Shown piece after piece: positions 8,282 to 16,227 of a stretch of DNA of 36,962 nt (its first letter is position 1; every line of letters starts with the position of its first letter). The translations under genes were made by a program, and so were the position numbers. The notes beneath the pieces were generated by a model that saw only the letters and a list, made by a program, of their open reading frames with translations, was not told the origin of the DNA and ran no database searches. Origin of the DNA: a virus (lineage: Duplodnaviria; Caudoviricetes); the IMG/VR virus record IMGVR_UViG_3300023092_000047, positions 1 through 36,962 of that record; one strand, written 5' to 3'.

Positions 8282-8559
8282 ACCGACTGATTAATTTTAT
8301 CTTCAACTCTACCTACCGCCTCGTTTGTGGTTGTAGTGATTACCTTTGCCGGTTCAAATAAGAAGTTCTTACCAATATAAGCAAGAAATGCACCGATTGC
8401 AACGGTTCCGATTTGTGGCCAGTTAAATTTCAGCACGCCTGTTTCTATTGTTTGCTGAACGACTACCAATACAGGTGTAGCTACTGCAAGAATAGCGCCC
8501 CTTAAAAAATCCCTTAATTGCAGTGTGAATTTAGGGCTTGAAATTACTTTTGTTTCCAT
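8278..8559 (-). CDS. Putative class II (2-TM) holin
   Basis: Two hydrophobic segments (GAILAVATPVLVVV; IGTVAIGAFLAYIG), directly downstream of the endolysin. Likely start METKVISS. Confidence 0.7.
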   Translation of the reverse strand: METKVISSPKFTLQLRDFLRGAILAVATPVLVVVQQTIETGVLKFNWPQIGTVAIGAFLAYIGKNFLFEPAKVITTTTNEAVGRVEDKINQSV

Positions 8560-8601
8560 GTTGTTTATTATTCTGTAACCTTGATAATCTATTTTCATAT
8601 A

Positions 8602-9054
8602 TTATTTAGCTAATTCTACGTGCGGTGCGTCTGGTAAACTTTTCCAATCAATACCGCAGACAATCGGAATATTAAGACATTTCGCTATAGCCTTTACGTG
8701 AACTACTATCAGCTTAAATGCTGCGTCATTACCCCAATCCAATTTTCCATTTATATATGGGCAGAAGTCTATTGCCTCGCCAAATCCAGAACTTTTAACC
8801 TGGTGATTACTCTTGTTCGTAGTTCCATTCTTTTGCGTCACAATGTTACCTAAAGGCTTTTTAGCACTTTTACCGTCCGGGTTAACTTTAGTACGGCCTA
8901 AAGCATATAGCCCTACCTGTTCAGCCTGAGTGCGTACCCCATAAACAATAGAGAAATCCACCGGGCTATCTGTGATTGCAGCATTCATTACCCTGACTAA
9001 ATCAGGGTGTACGCCTTTAAGTTTTGCTAGTGAAGCAGATCCGAATTTTGCCAT
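8602..9054 (-). CDS. Endolysin, M15-family zinc peptidase (L-Ala-D-Glu type)
   Basis: GVHPDLV...GVRTQAEQ...SNH...GEAIDF...DAPHVEL, as in T5/Ply500-type M15 endolysins. Confidence 0.92.
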   Translation of the reverse strand: MAKFGSASLAKLKGVHPDLVRVMNAAITDSPVDFSIVYGVRTQAEQVGLYALGRTKVNPDGKSAKKPLGNIVTQKNGTTNKSNHQVKSSGFGEAIDFCPYINGKLDWGNDAAFKLIVVHVKAIAKCLNIPIVCGIDWKSLPDAPHVELAK

Positions 9055-9065
9055 AACCAAATATA

Positions 9066-9446
9066 CTAAATTAATTTATAACCTCTACGTAGTAAAAAGT
9101 AGATCAATCCGGTTAAGGATACCCAAAGGATCGGAGTAACGATAATCAGCTCCGTCGTTCGCTTCAATATCTCCCGATTAAACAATAATCCGCTTAACTG
9201 TGATATGATAAATACCAGGCAAAACATAGTAGGCACGCTCCAAATTGCAAGGGTATTATGCCACAACCATCGGCCTAACCATTTGATATACCAGAAATCA
9301 AATATAACCGTCCGTATAAGGATTTTAAGCGGCCTATAAGCCATCTTTAGCCTGCAAGTGTAATACATCAGTACACACGTTAAAGCTACCATTAGAAGCA
9401 TTGTAATTGTTGAGGCTATTATTAATGCAATTTGTTCAAAACTCAT
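9066..9446 (-). CDS. Membrane protein (~3 TM)
   Basis: Three hydrophobic stretches; coupled within the lysis cassette. Confidence 0.7.
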   Translation of the reverse strand: MSFEQIALIIASTITMLLMVALTCVLMYYTCRLKMAYRPLKILIRTVIFDFWYIKWLGRWLWHNTLAIWSVPTMFCLVFIISQLSGLLFNREILKRTTELIIVTPILWVSLTGLIYFLLRRGYKLI

Positions 9447-9880
9447 GACTTATCCCCCTCGTTCTTATCATCAGTGTAATATTTTTTAACCATTGAATTA
9501 AAAGAAATCTTACTAATCTTCTCTAACGATTGTATCAAATACACAGCCATAAAACTACAAATTATCAAATAAACCTGCAGACCTACCGAACTGAAAGGGC
9601 GTATAGCGTGCAGCCCATTGATCCAAAACTGATATGCTGTCCACGACATAAACACCGTAGCGAATGCATGCAACGTTACAATACCCCGGCCTAACGCGCT
9701 CCCTCCTGCCGCTATCATAACCATACGCAAGCCGAAACCGCATGTAATTGATACAGCACAAGCAAGTATCTGCGCTATGTCATGCGTGCCAAAACCTATG
9801 AAAAACCCCGTTAAAATCACTCCTTCCCTTATTACAGTCCCTGCCCACATAATTACTGTTTTTATTGCGTGTGTTACCAT
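9443..9880 (-). CDS. Membrane protein (~4 TM) with charged C-terminal tail, holin-like
   Basis: Hydrophobic segments followed by KKYYTDDKNEGDKS. Confidence 0.7.
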   Translation of the reverse strand: MVTHAIKTVIMWAGTVIREGVILTGFFIGFGTHDIAQILACAVSITCGFGLRMVMIAAGGSALGRGIVTLHAFATVFMSWTAYQFWINGLHAIRPFSSVGLQVYLIICSFMAVYLIQSLEKISKISFNSMVKKYYTDDKNEGDKS

Positions 9881-9881
9881 A

Positions 9882-10247
9882 TCAGATATTACCGTTTTGA
9901 TCTGCGCGAAATAGCGCGTATAGTGTGTATGCGAATGTTATAGCGTTCAGGTAGTAAATCTGCAGGGATGGACGGGCGATTAACCCAAATTCATTAACAA
10001 TAACCAGACCGGATATAATTGATAGAAAAACATATGCGATATTTCGGAATGCAATCTCGGATTTTGATTTTGTGGAACTATTACCCATAATGAGTAAAGG
10101 AGCTACAAATACAAGCAGCTCAGCATTGCGCCAAATCTTATCCTGATCCGCATCGATATGGCATTTCTGTATACAGTATAAATACAGATTATGACTGCAC
10201 ACATAGCATGCAGTCATAAGCGCGGTAATAATAGCCCTGCTATCCAC
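9882..10247 (-). CDS. Membrane protein (~4 TM)
   Basis: GTG start overlaps the stop of the upstream 52-aa peptide; four hydrophobic segments. Confidence 0.7.
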   Translation of the reverse strand: MDSRAIITALMTACYVCSHNLYLYCIQKCHIDADQDKIWRNAELLVFVAPLLIMGNSSTKSKSEIAFRNIAYVFLSIISGLVIVNEFGLIARPSLQIYYLNAITFAYTLYALFRADQNGNI

Positions 10248-10398
10248 CGATGTTCTCTACCCATTTCCAATCTGCGCCTATACATTTCCATTTGCCGGGA
10301 GTAGGGCCTCCAGCAGTTACCGGTTTAATTCCGCACGCAGCTAAATCGGTTTCTGGGTTTTCTTCTTCGTCTTCAACGGGGTCTGTGTAGTTTTCCAT
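10240..10398 (-). CDS. 52-aa peptide MENYTDPVEDEEENPETDLAACGIKPVTAGGPTPGKWKCIGADWKWVENIGG; not in ORF track
   Basis: Translated by hand. -7-like TACCTTTA 6 nt upstream; 8-bp overlap with the next gene. Confidence 0.7.
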   Translation of the reverse strand: MENYTDPVEDEEENPETDLAACGIKPVTAGGPTPGKWKCIGADWKWVENIGG

Positions 10399-10427
10399 AA
10401 TGCTTAAAGGTATAAATAATTCCTGAT

Positions 10428-10445
10428 TGCAACAATAGTGTTACA
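10428..10445. promoter_or_regulatory. Palindromic operator TGCAAC-aatagt-GTTACA between divergent lysis and accessory promoters
   Basis: One mismatch to consensus; flanked by -7-like elements at 10405-10412 (-) and 10472-10479 (+). Confidence 0.65.
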
Positions 10446-10483
10446 ATTACTCACGTATGGAAATTTGTATTTATGTTTGGGGT

Positions 10484-10681
10484 ATGGAAAACAAAATAAA
10501 AACTGAACTATTTGGTATGATCTTTAGTTTCATGCTGTCATTTTGTGTTGGCGTTCTTTTGACTCATTACATGAAACCAAACAGCACAATAAATCAAATA
10601 TTATTAGGCGGTTTGCTGTGTGGATCTATAGCTGGTGTAGTTCGTTGTTTTATATCTTTAATTGCAGGAGTTTTTAAATAA
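10484..10681 (+). CDS. 2-TM membrane protein, first gene of an inserted accessory operon
   Basis: TATGTTTG 4 nt before ATG 10484; two hydrophobic helices. Confidence 0.65.
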   Translation: MENKIKTELFGMIFSFMLSFCVGVLLTHYMKPNSTINQILLGGLLCGSIAGVVRCFISLIAGVFK

Positions 10682-10881
10682 TGATAACCGTCCACTTCAA
10701 AACCCAACACCTAGGCCAATCAGAAATTGATTGCGATTCAATCGAAACTGCTGAACTGATTCCTGCAAGGGGACGTAAACAATCTGAGGTAAATATTTTA
10801 TACCTTTATAAGGATGGGAATTTTATCGCTGTAAACATTAACCAGGTAAAACGTATCACAGATGGTCGAAGTAACATTTAA
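10681..10881 (+). CDS. Small beta-rich hypothetical protein, 66 aa
   Basis: Coupled ORF (TAATG overlap). Confidence 0.6.
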   Translation: MITVHFKTQHLGQSEIDCDSIETAELIPARGRKQSEVNILYLYKDGNFIAVNINQVKRITDGRSNI

Positions 10882-11035
10882 AGCGCAGACTGAGCAGGGG
10901 CATTGCGTTGTACTATACCCTGAACGCGTATTAGATCGCAATTTAGAATGGTTGCTTGATTTTGGTACGCACACACATTTGTTTGATAAGGAATTGATTA
11001 AATCCGTAACTGTATGCCGTACTATTGCACGATAA
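10862..11035 (+). CDS. Small hypothetical protein, 57 aa (MVEVTFKAQTEQGHCVVLYPERVLDRN...IKSVTVCRTIAR); not in ORF track
   Basis: Translated by hand. Overlaps both neighbours; N-terminus resembles that of 10681..10881. Confidence 0.55.
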   Translation: MVEVTFKAQTEQGHCVVLYPERVLDRNLEWLLDFGTHTHLFDKELIKSVTVCRTIAR

Positions 11036-11256
11036 GTTTAAGCGTTTCTGATTTGGTAGCTCAATATGCCACTTTGAAAATATCAGATAGACCGGAAGAC
11101 TGTTATTTATATAACCTCGGTCTATACCCTCCATTTTCACCGGGATGGATCGTTATTGAACCAGATCAGACTTACTTGCAAATAATACATTTGCTTGCCC
11201 GGTTAACTGAACTTCAAATCGAATACACGATAGATGTAGATCCTGAAAGATTATGA
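11014..11256 (+). CDS. Hypothetical protein, 80 aa
   Basis: ORF in the accessory operon. Confidence 0.6.
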   Translation: MPYYCTISLSVSDLVAQYATLKISDRPEDCYLYNLGLYPPFSPGWIVIEPDQTYLQIIHLLARLTELQIEYTIDVDPERL

Positions 11257-11330
11257 AAGCTTTACTCGCTACTATTGTGCTGATTTATTTAATTTACCTC
11301 GTTTACGGAGACGATCAAAACCACCTTTAA
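11253..11330 (+). CDS. 25-aa TM peptide MKALLATIVLIYLIYLVYGDDQNHL; not in ORF track
   Basis: ATGA overlap with the upstream stop; hydrophobic helix. Confidence 0.55.
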   Translation: MKALLATIVLIYLIYLVYGDDQNHL

Positions 11331-11331
11331 T

Positions 11332-11454
11332 ATGAACTCAATAAGATCAACCCGCCAGTCAATGGCAGCCCCGAAATGGATAGGTAACGTAGTAACATTT
11401 ACGTTTATCCTGATCCTTGTATCTATGGTTTTTGCTTTAATCCGTTTGATATGA
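11332..11454 (+). CDS. 40-aa TM peptide MNSIRSTRQSMAAPKWIGNVVTFTFILILVSMVFALIRLI; not in ORF track
   Basis: Starts 1 nt after the previous stop; hydrophobic helix. Confidence 0.55.
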   Translation: MNSIRSTRQSMAAPKWIGNVVTFTFILILVSMVFALIRLI

Positions 11455-11549
11455 AAGACAAACAAGTGAATGCCCTTCTATGGATCGTATTTGCCGTAGT
11501 AGTTTTCTGGGTCGCATGGATAAACTTCGCCGCATGGTGCCTGTCATAA
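11451..11549 (+). CDS. 32-aa TM peptide MKDKQVNALLWIVFAVVVFWVAWINFAAWCLS; not in ORF track
   Basis: ATGA overlap with the upstream stop; Trp-rich hydrophobic helix. Confidence 0.55.
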   Translation: MKDKQVNALLWIVFAVVVFWVAWINFAAWCLS

Positions 11550-11555
11550 TTTACG

Positions 11556-11593
11556 CCGTTTGCCTATTTGCATTTTTCAAGACAGGCAAACGG
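11556..11593. terminator. Hairpin between convergent transcription units
   Basis: CCGTTTGCCT (11556-65) and AGGCAAACGG (11584-93) form a perfect 10-bp inverted repeat; no clear U tract. Confidence 0.5.
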
Positions 11594-11640
11594 GTATTGA
11601 GGTCGGCTAAGTGGCACGATGAGGATGATAGTGATTTGCT

Positions 11641-12225
11641 TTAGTACCTGGATGTAATAACACAAGCCGCTGAGTTAATCGTACTGCTGCCTAAAGTTAC
11701 TGTGTTAGACAACCTTACCTGAATATAAAATCCATTCGTCCTGACTGCACTATTAGCATATACAGCCAGAGGTGAAGATATACTATTCATACCTACAGTA
11801 GCAAGCCCTACGCTAGCAATCTCTCCATAACCACCGTTCTCAGGGAAAGGAAAGTATGTATCCACTCCGGCACCACCGCCGTTAGGAATAATAAACCTGT
11901 ATTGCATCGTTGTACCTACTGCTATTGCCGTTGTAGTTGTATTGAAGAAAAGCTGAACAAGTATATTTTTATCGTATTCTCCGTAGACCCGGAAAACGTT
12001 TGAGGTGGTGTTGTAGCTTACCATCTGTGTACCTGTAGCAGGATTCATGCCGTAGGTATTGAAGTTTAATGTTGACGTACCGTTAAAGGCTAAGGTCTGC
12101 CATGACGTAGACAAAGTCAATGAAGCCGTTCGATTGACCCTCATACGAGGTTCTGCCACTGAGTAGTTCTGTGCTTTTGCGAAAAGTGCTACACATAGTA
12201 ACAATAGGGTGATTTTACCTTGCAT
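11641..12225 (-). CDS. Signal-peptide-bearing beta-rich protein (C1q/TNF-like jelly roll suspected), last gene of the tail cluster
   Basis: MQGKITLLLLCVALFAKA-Q signal; LTLSTSWQTLAFN...YNTTSNVFRV pattern resembles fibre-tip domains. Confidence 0.7.
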   Translation of the reverse strand: MQGKITLLLLCVALFAKAQNYSVAEPRMRVNRTASLTLSTSWQTLAFNGTSTLNFNTYGMNPATGTQMVSYNTTSNVFRVYGEYDKNILVQLFFNTTTTAIAVGTTMQYRFIIPNGGGAGVDTYFPFPENGGYGEIASVGLATVGMNSISSPLAVYANSAVRTNGFYIQVRLSNTVTLGSSTINSAACVITSRY

Positions 12226-13636
12226 AATATTGATTTGGGATTGTGAAACCGTTGTTACCTGCTCTGATTTCTACAGACTGGTATTGTGTTGTTAATGTGT
12301 AAGTAGGAGACCCGTTTATATTTAATGCCGCTGTAGATGTTATGGTAGCGGTATTTGCCGATGCATCCGTTTTATATACAACAACTTTCCTACCAAACAT
12401 ATCAGTTATTGTAGGTAAATACAAAGTTTTATTCCCGGTAGAGCAATCTATGTAAACTACAGACACGCTACCGCCAGCATAAAAAGAGCCGCCTGTAATG
12501 TACAAAGTGGGATTCGACCCCCAACTATTTACAGTTAAATATTCTTTACCTAATGCATCTGCATAAGTTTTATTTACTACGTCTGTACTAGCTACAGGAG
12601 CATTGGAAACTGTACCGCTTGTAGCATTATATCCAGCGGCCGTAACGTTACCTATTACATTAACATTTCCAAAACCCGCAGTTTGATTACTTGATGCTCC
12701 TGCTGTTAAAACCTGATCTAGTGTAGGAGTTGCACTTGTTACGGTAAACGTTCGGTTTGAACTCAAATCCTGAGTAACACCATTGATTGTTATTGTTCGT
12801 GCTGTGGGAGTATACGCGGTACTCGTATAAGCATTAGGCCCTAAACCTAAAAATGTTTGAACTTGCGCGGCACTTGAGGGCATCCACTTAGTGCCATTGT
12901 ATCCCAAGATATAAGTATACGTTCCTGTTAGGACAGACTGACCATCGAATACAGCCCCGTTCCACGTAGTAGCATTAGCTGAATTCCCCGTAATACTTAT
13001 AGGCCAAGTTCCAGAAGCGCCGCTACCTGTTAAAGTTGGAGCAACTGTATTTACTCTAGTATTCGTATAATACAGATTTGTTCCCTCTGCTAAATTAGAT
13101 GTAGATTTGCCTGAAAATCCAGTATCGAACCTAGCTTGTGTCCAATACAAATTACCTGATTCAGGAACCACACTTGTATTTAACGTCTGAAAGGTTTTAT
13201 CACCTCTCCAATATTGAAGAGTTGTACCGGCAGTGATCAAAGGCTCCTTTGTAGCGTCTGAAACAGTGATGTTGGCACTACCATTAAAAGCAACACCGTT
13301 AATCGTTCTAGCGGTCTGTAATATAGTCGCTGTGCCTGAATTACCAGTAATATCGGTGATATTAAAAGTTCTATTAGAACTTAAATCCTGAGTTACCCCG
13401 TTAAAGGTTAAAGTCCTGGAATTAGGAACGTACCCACCCCCTGTAATCGGAGCATACAAGGCGTTACTTTGCGCTCTGAATGCAGCAAATAAAGAGGCAT
13501 AGTAATTACTTGACTTCCATTTAAATACTGCACCGTTTACCGTCGCTCTTAAAGACGTATCTGCTGTAGCAACTCCTACCTGAGAATACGCATACTGACT
13601 GAACAGTGCTAAAAATGCTATTAATATATTTTTCAT
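12215..13636 (-). CDS. Tail-fibre-like protein with an N-terminal signal peptide
   Basis: Fibre shaft motifs TARTINGVAFNGSANIT, two copies of RT(L/I)T(F/I)NGVTQDLSSNRTF, EGTNLYYT and DVVNKTYAD; signal MKNILIAFLALFSQYAYS-Q. Confidence 0.8.
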   Translation of the reverse strand: MKNILIAFLALFSQYAYSQVGVATADTSLRATVNGAVFKWKSSNYYASLFAAFRAQSNALYAPITGGGYVPNSRTLTFNGVTQDLSSNRTFNITDITGNSGTATILQTARTINGVAFNGSANITVSDATKEPLITAGTTLQYWRGDKTFQTLNTSVVPESGNLYWTQARFDTGFSGKSTSNLAEGTNLYYTNTRVNTVAPTLTGSGASGTWPISITGNSANATTWNGAVFDGQSVLTGTYTYILGYNGTKWMPSSAAQVQTFLGLGPNAYTSTAYTPTARTITINGVTQDLSSNRTFTVTSATPTLDQVLTAGASSNQTAGFGNVNVIGNVTAAGYNATSGTVSNAPVASTDVVNKTYADALGKEYLTVNSWGSNPTLYITGGSFYAGGSVSVVYIDCSTGNKTLYLPTITDMFGRKVVVYKTDASANTATITSTAALNINGSPTYTLTTQYQSVEIRAGNNGFTIPNQYYAR

Positions 13637-13640
13637 AATG

Positions 13641-15260
13641 TTATACTGTAAATACTGAAGTATCTATTACTGCTGCGCCTAATGCGTGAGCAGTTGGATT
13701 CATGTGTAGGCCATCGGCTGTATAGTTAGCTTTCCATTTACCTGAGTTTCTAGCCGATTCTAAAACATCTGCTAATTCCCAATAGCCTGCTAGTGGATGC
13801 AAAGCATTACCAATTCTCATGACGTCAGAACCTGTGGCACCAATTGCAGCGGCAACATAAGTACTTATTGTTATTGGAGCACCGTCTCTTAACCAATCAT
13901 TAACCGCTACTCTTATAGCCTCTCCTGTGACTACGGTTTGATTAGCTACTGTTACCCAAGCATCAGTACTGGTTGTACGTGGAGGTATAGTTAATTGATA
14001 AATCTTTATACCTCTTGATTTTTGAGACCCCCACATAGAAAGATAGTCTGATTTTATCTGGACTTCTGTCCTAATAGGAATATCATTTGTACCTAAATTA
14101 GATATGGCAAATTGTGCAGTCGATAAAATTGCCCCATAAAATTTAGATTGAACACCTCCAGTAGGAGACCAATCAGATATTTTTTGACCTGAATCATTTG
14201 CTCTTACTACTGGAAATAAATTTTTAAAAGATCGTCCATATAAACCTCCACCATTACCATATGTCCACCCATATGCTTGTGGCGTGCCTAAATCATCGCC
14301 CGTGCCTCTCGAATTTGAATCTCCAAATTGAAATATTGAACCAGCATTTCCCTGTGAAATTCCCATTACTAATGCTGCTGTAAAAATAGGCGATGTACTA
14401 TTAGGAATAGTTCCTGACATTACAGAATTCCCAGATATAATCCCTGCTGACCCTACTAAATTTTCAGTAGCATATACTTTCAAGAATTTTTGTCCACTAG
14501 TCACCAATGCGTTTGTTCTAACCCAAAAAATTGCACCTTTTGGTAATTCTAAATTGATATAATCACTTAATATTTGTCTGTCTTTTTTTAATAAAAAATT
14601 ATCACTTCCATTGTTGAAAGTAACTCTAGTAAAAGTCCCTGCTGGATACTCTATACTTGCCTCTATAGTAACATCATTGTAAGCTATAGTTGTTGATACT
14701 TCTTGCACCCCCGGAAAATTAACAAATAATAACTGTAAATCAGATATAGCAGATATAGCTTGATGATTTTGTCTACTCGTTTCTGAGGTTACAGTTCCAT
14801 CAGATAGTCCCGCAAAAAAGGGCAGCCTACTGCCAAACGATGCTACAGACTTATTAGCATAAGTACCTCGCCTAGTTCTTGATGCTGCTGCAAGAGTAGG
14901 AATAGTTGCTACGTTAGTTTTCTCAGCAGTTGTGTAAACTCTGTTAGTACTTCCGTCGGTAATTGTATCAGCAGATTGAGTACCTGTGTGATTAGCTCTG
15001 TTTTTTAAGTTAGCATCTGTATCGTTTGCTGTTGCGCCTATTGCTATGCCACTTAACTTAGTCTTTTCTGCTGTAGTATAGTTATTATCCGATAATACCT
15101 TTGTACCGCTTTTATCTACCTTATTATCTAAACCAGAAATAGCCGCATCAGCATCAGTTTGGGCATCGGTAACCCTGCCGTCTAACTCTGTAGCATTTCC
15201 GTTTATTTTAGCTCTAACGCTTGCATTAGATTCACCATTGTTAAATGTCTGTATTGCCAT
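13641..15260 (-). CDS. Tail spike/fibre with a C-terminal SGNH hydrolase (esterase/deacetylase)
   Basis: FGDSN, NLGTND and DGLH SGNH blocks; N-terminal fibre motifs NKVDK...LSDNNYTTAEKTKLSGI and NRANHTGTQ. Confidence 0.85.
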   Translation of the reverse strand: MAIQTFNNGESNASVRAKINGNATELDGRVTDAQTDADAAISGLDNKVDKSGTKVLSDNNYTTAEKTKLSGIAIGATANDTDANLKNRANHTGTQSADTITDGSTNRVYTTAEKTNVATIPTLAAASRTRRGTYANKSVASFGSRLPFFAGLSDGTVTSETSRQNHQAISAISDLQLLFVNFPGVQEVSTTIAYNDVTIEASIEYPAGTFTRVTFNNGSDNFLLKKDRQILSDYINLELPKGAIFWVRTNALVTSGQKFLKVYATENLVGSAGIISGNSVMSGTIPNSTSPIFTAALVMGISQGNAGSIFQFGDSNSRGTGDDLGTPQAYGWTYGNGGGLYGRSFKNLFPVVRANDSGQKISDWSPTGGVQSKFYGAILSTAQFAISNLGTNDIPIRTEVQIKSDYLSMWGSQKSRGIKIYQLTIPPRTTSTDAWVTVANQTVVTGEAIRVAVNDWLRDGAPITISTYVAAAIGATGSDVMRIGNALHPLAGYWELADVLESARNSGKWKANYTADGLHMNPTAHALGAAVIDTSVFTV

Positions 15261-15276
15261 GTCTTTATTTTTAAAA

Positions 15277-16227
15277 TTAATCTATCCAAACTGATGAATC
15301 GCTCCAAGTACCAGAATCTACCCACGTATCTGTTCCCGGTGTTGGCGGTACATATTCGCCAGGGTTTTCCGCTTTCCAAATATATCTAATTTCTGCGCTA
15401 TCATTCTGACTAAAACCTAAAGTAGCATATAAATTTGTTTCGTCAGCCTCTTTCCATGAAATACCAAGATTCCCGGCATTCCGGTTATTAGCTTCTACTG
15501 AAAACCATTTAGGTGTACTATTTAAGCCATGCGGTATAATAATCCGGGTTTGGCCTGTATCGGTTGTGGTGAATATGCCCTCTGTATAAATGTAGTCAGT
15601 AGGCGGGAATGAATTGCTATCTGAAATATACGGTATTTCACCTGTAGATGAAGCAGGTATATAAACGTAAGCAACCGCTGCGCTATTTACTGGTACGTCT
15701 GGCGGTATTACCCCTCCTGATGCCACCCCATCCAACAGCAAAATATTACCTGCTGTATTAGCGTATACTAAATCTATACGATTAAAGTTTAAATCTGCAG
15801 GCGTTAAATCAAGTTGCGTTTGAGTTGCTTTAGAATACAGGTCGCCATCAATAGCCCATTTACCGGCGCTTACTGAAACGACCTGGCCGAATACTGATGC
15901 CTGTAATGAAATGTTTCCAGTACCGAAGTCAAAGCCTAAAGGTATAGATAACTCCTGAACCCAAACCGAATTACGGTAACGCCAAATAGCGAAATTAGAA
16001 CTTATTTGCACATACAAGGCTAAATCGGTTGCCGTTCCCGTTGGCGGCACTGCACCACCTGATATAGGGAAATCGTTTATAATTCCTAATATCGGCTTTA
16101 GCAAATCGGCTAATTGTAACCCGATAGAAGCTACGTCTGTAGGATCGATTGAATTTACATCGTCTTTAACGGCAACATTCGTGTTTACCTGTTGCTTGTA
16201 TGCGTCTAAAAGATCGTTATAGTTCAT
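15277..16227 (-). CDS. Minor tail/baseplate-associated protein
   Basis: Position in the tail cluster; NRIDLVY...PPDVP..AVAYVYIPA receptor-binding-platform-like motif; IPHGLNSTPK C-terminal motif. Confidence 0.65.
   Translation of the reverse strand: MNYNDLLDAYKQQVNTNVAVKDDVNSIDPTDVASIGLQLADLLKPILGIINDFPISGGAVPPTGTATDLALYVQISSNFAIWRYRNSVWVQELSIPLGFDFGTGNISLQASVFGQVVSVSAGKWAIDGDLYSKATQTQLDLTPADLNFNRIDLVYANTAGNILLLDGVASGGVIPPDVPVNSAAVAYVYIPASSTGEIPYISDSNSFPPTDYIYTEGIFTTTDTGQTRIIIPHGLNSTPKWFSVEANNRNAGNLGISWKEADETNLYATLGFSQNDSAEIRYIWKAENPGEYVPPTPGTDTWVDSGTWSDSSVWID

Noticed and set aside
8574-8591. Additional operator copy upstream of the holin (TGTAAC-cttgat-AATCTA)
   Set aside because: Only one half-site matches and no -7 element sits at the expected spacing.
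12740-13425. Diversity-generating retroelement TR/VR pair suggested by the duplicated NGVTQDLSSNRTF segment
   Set aside because: Both copies are in frame within one fibre gene, the differences are not adenine-specific, and no reverse transcriptase is present.
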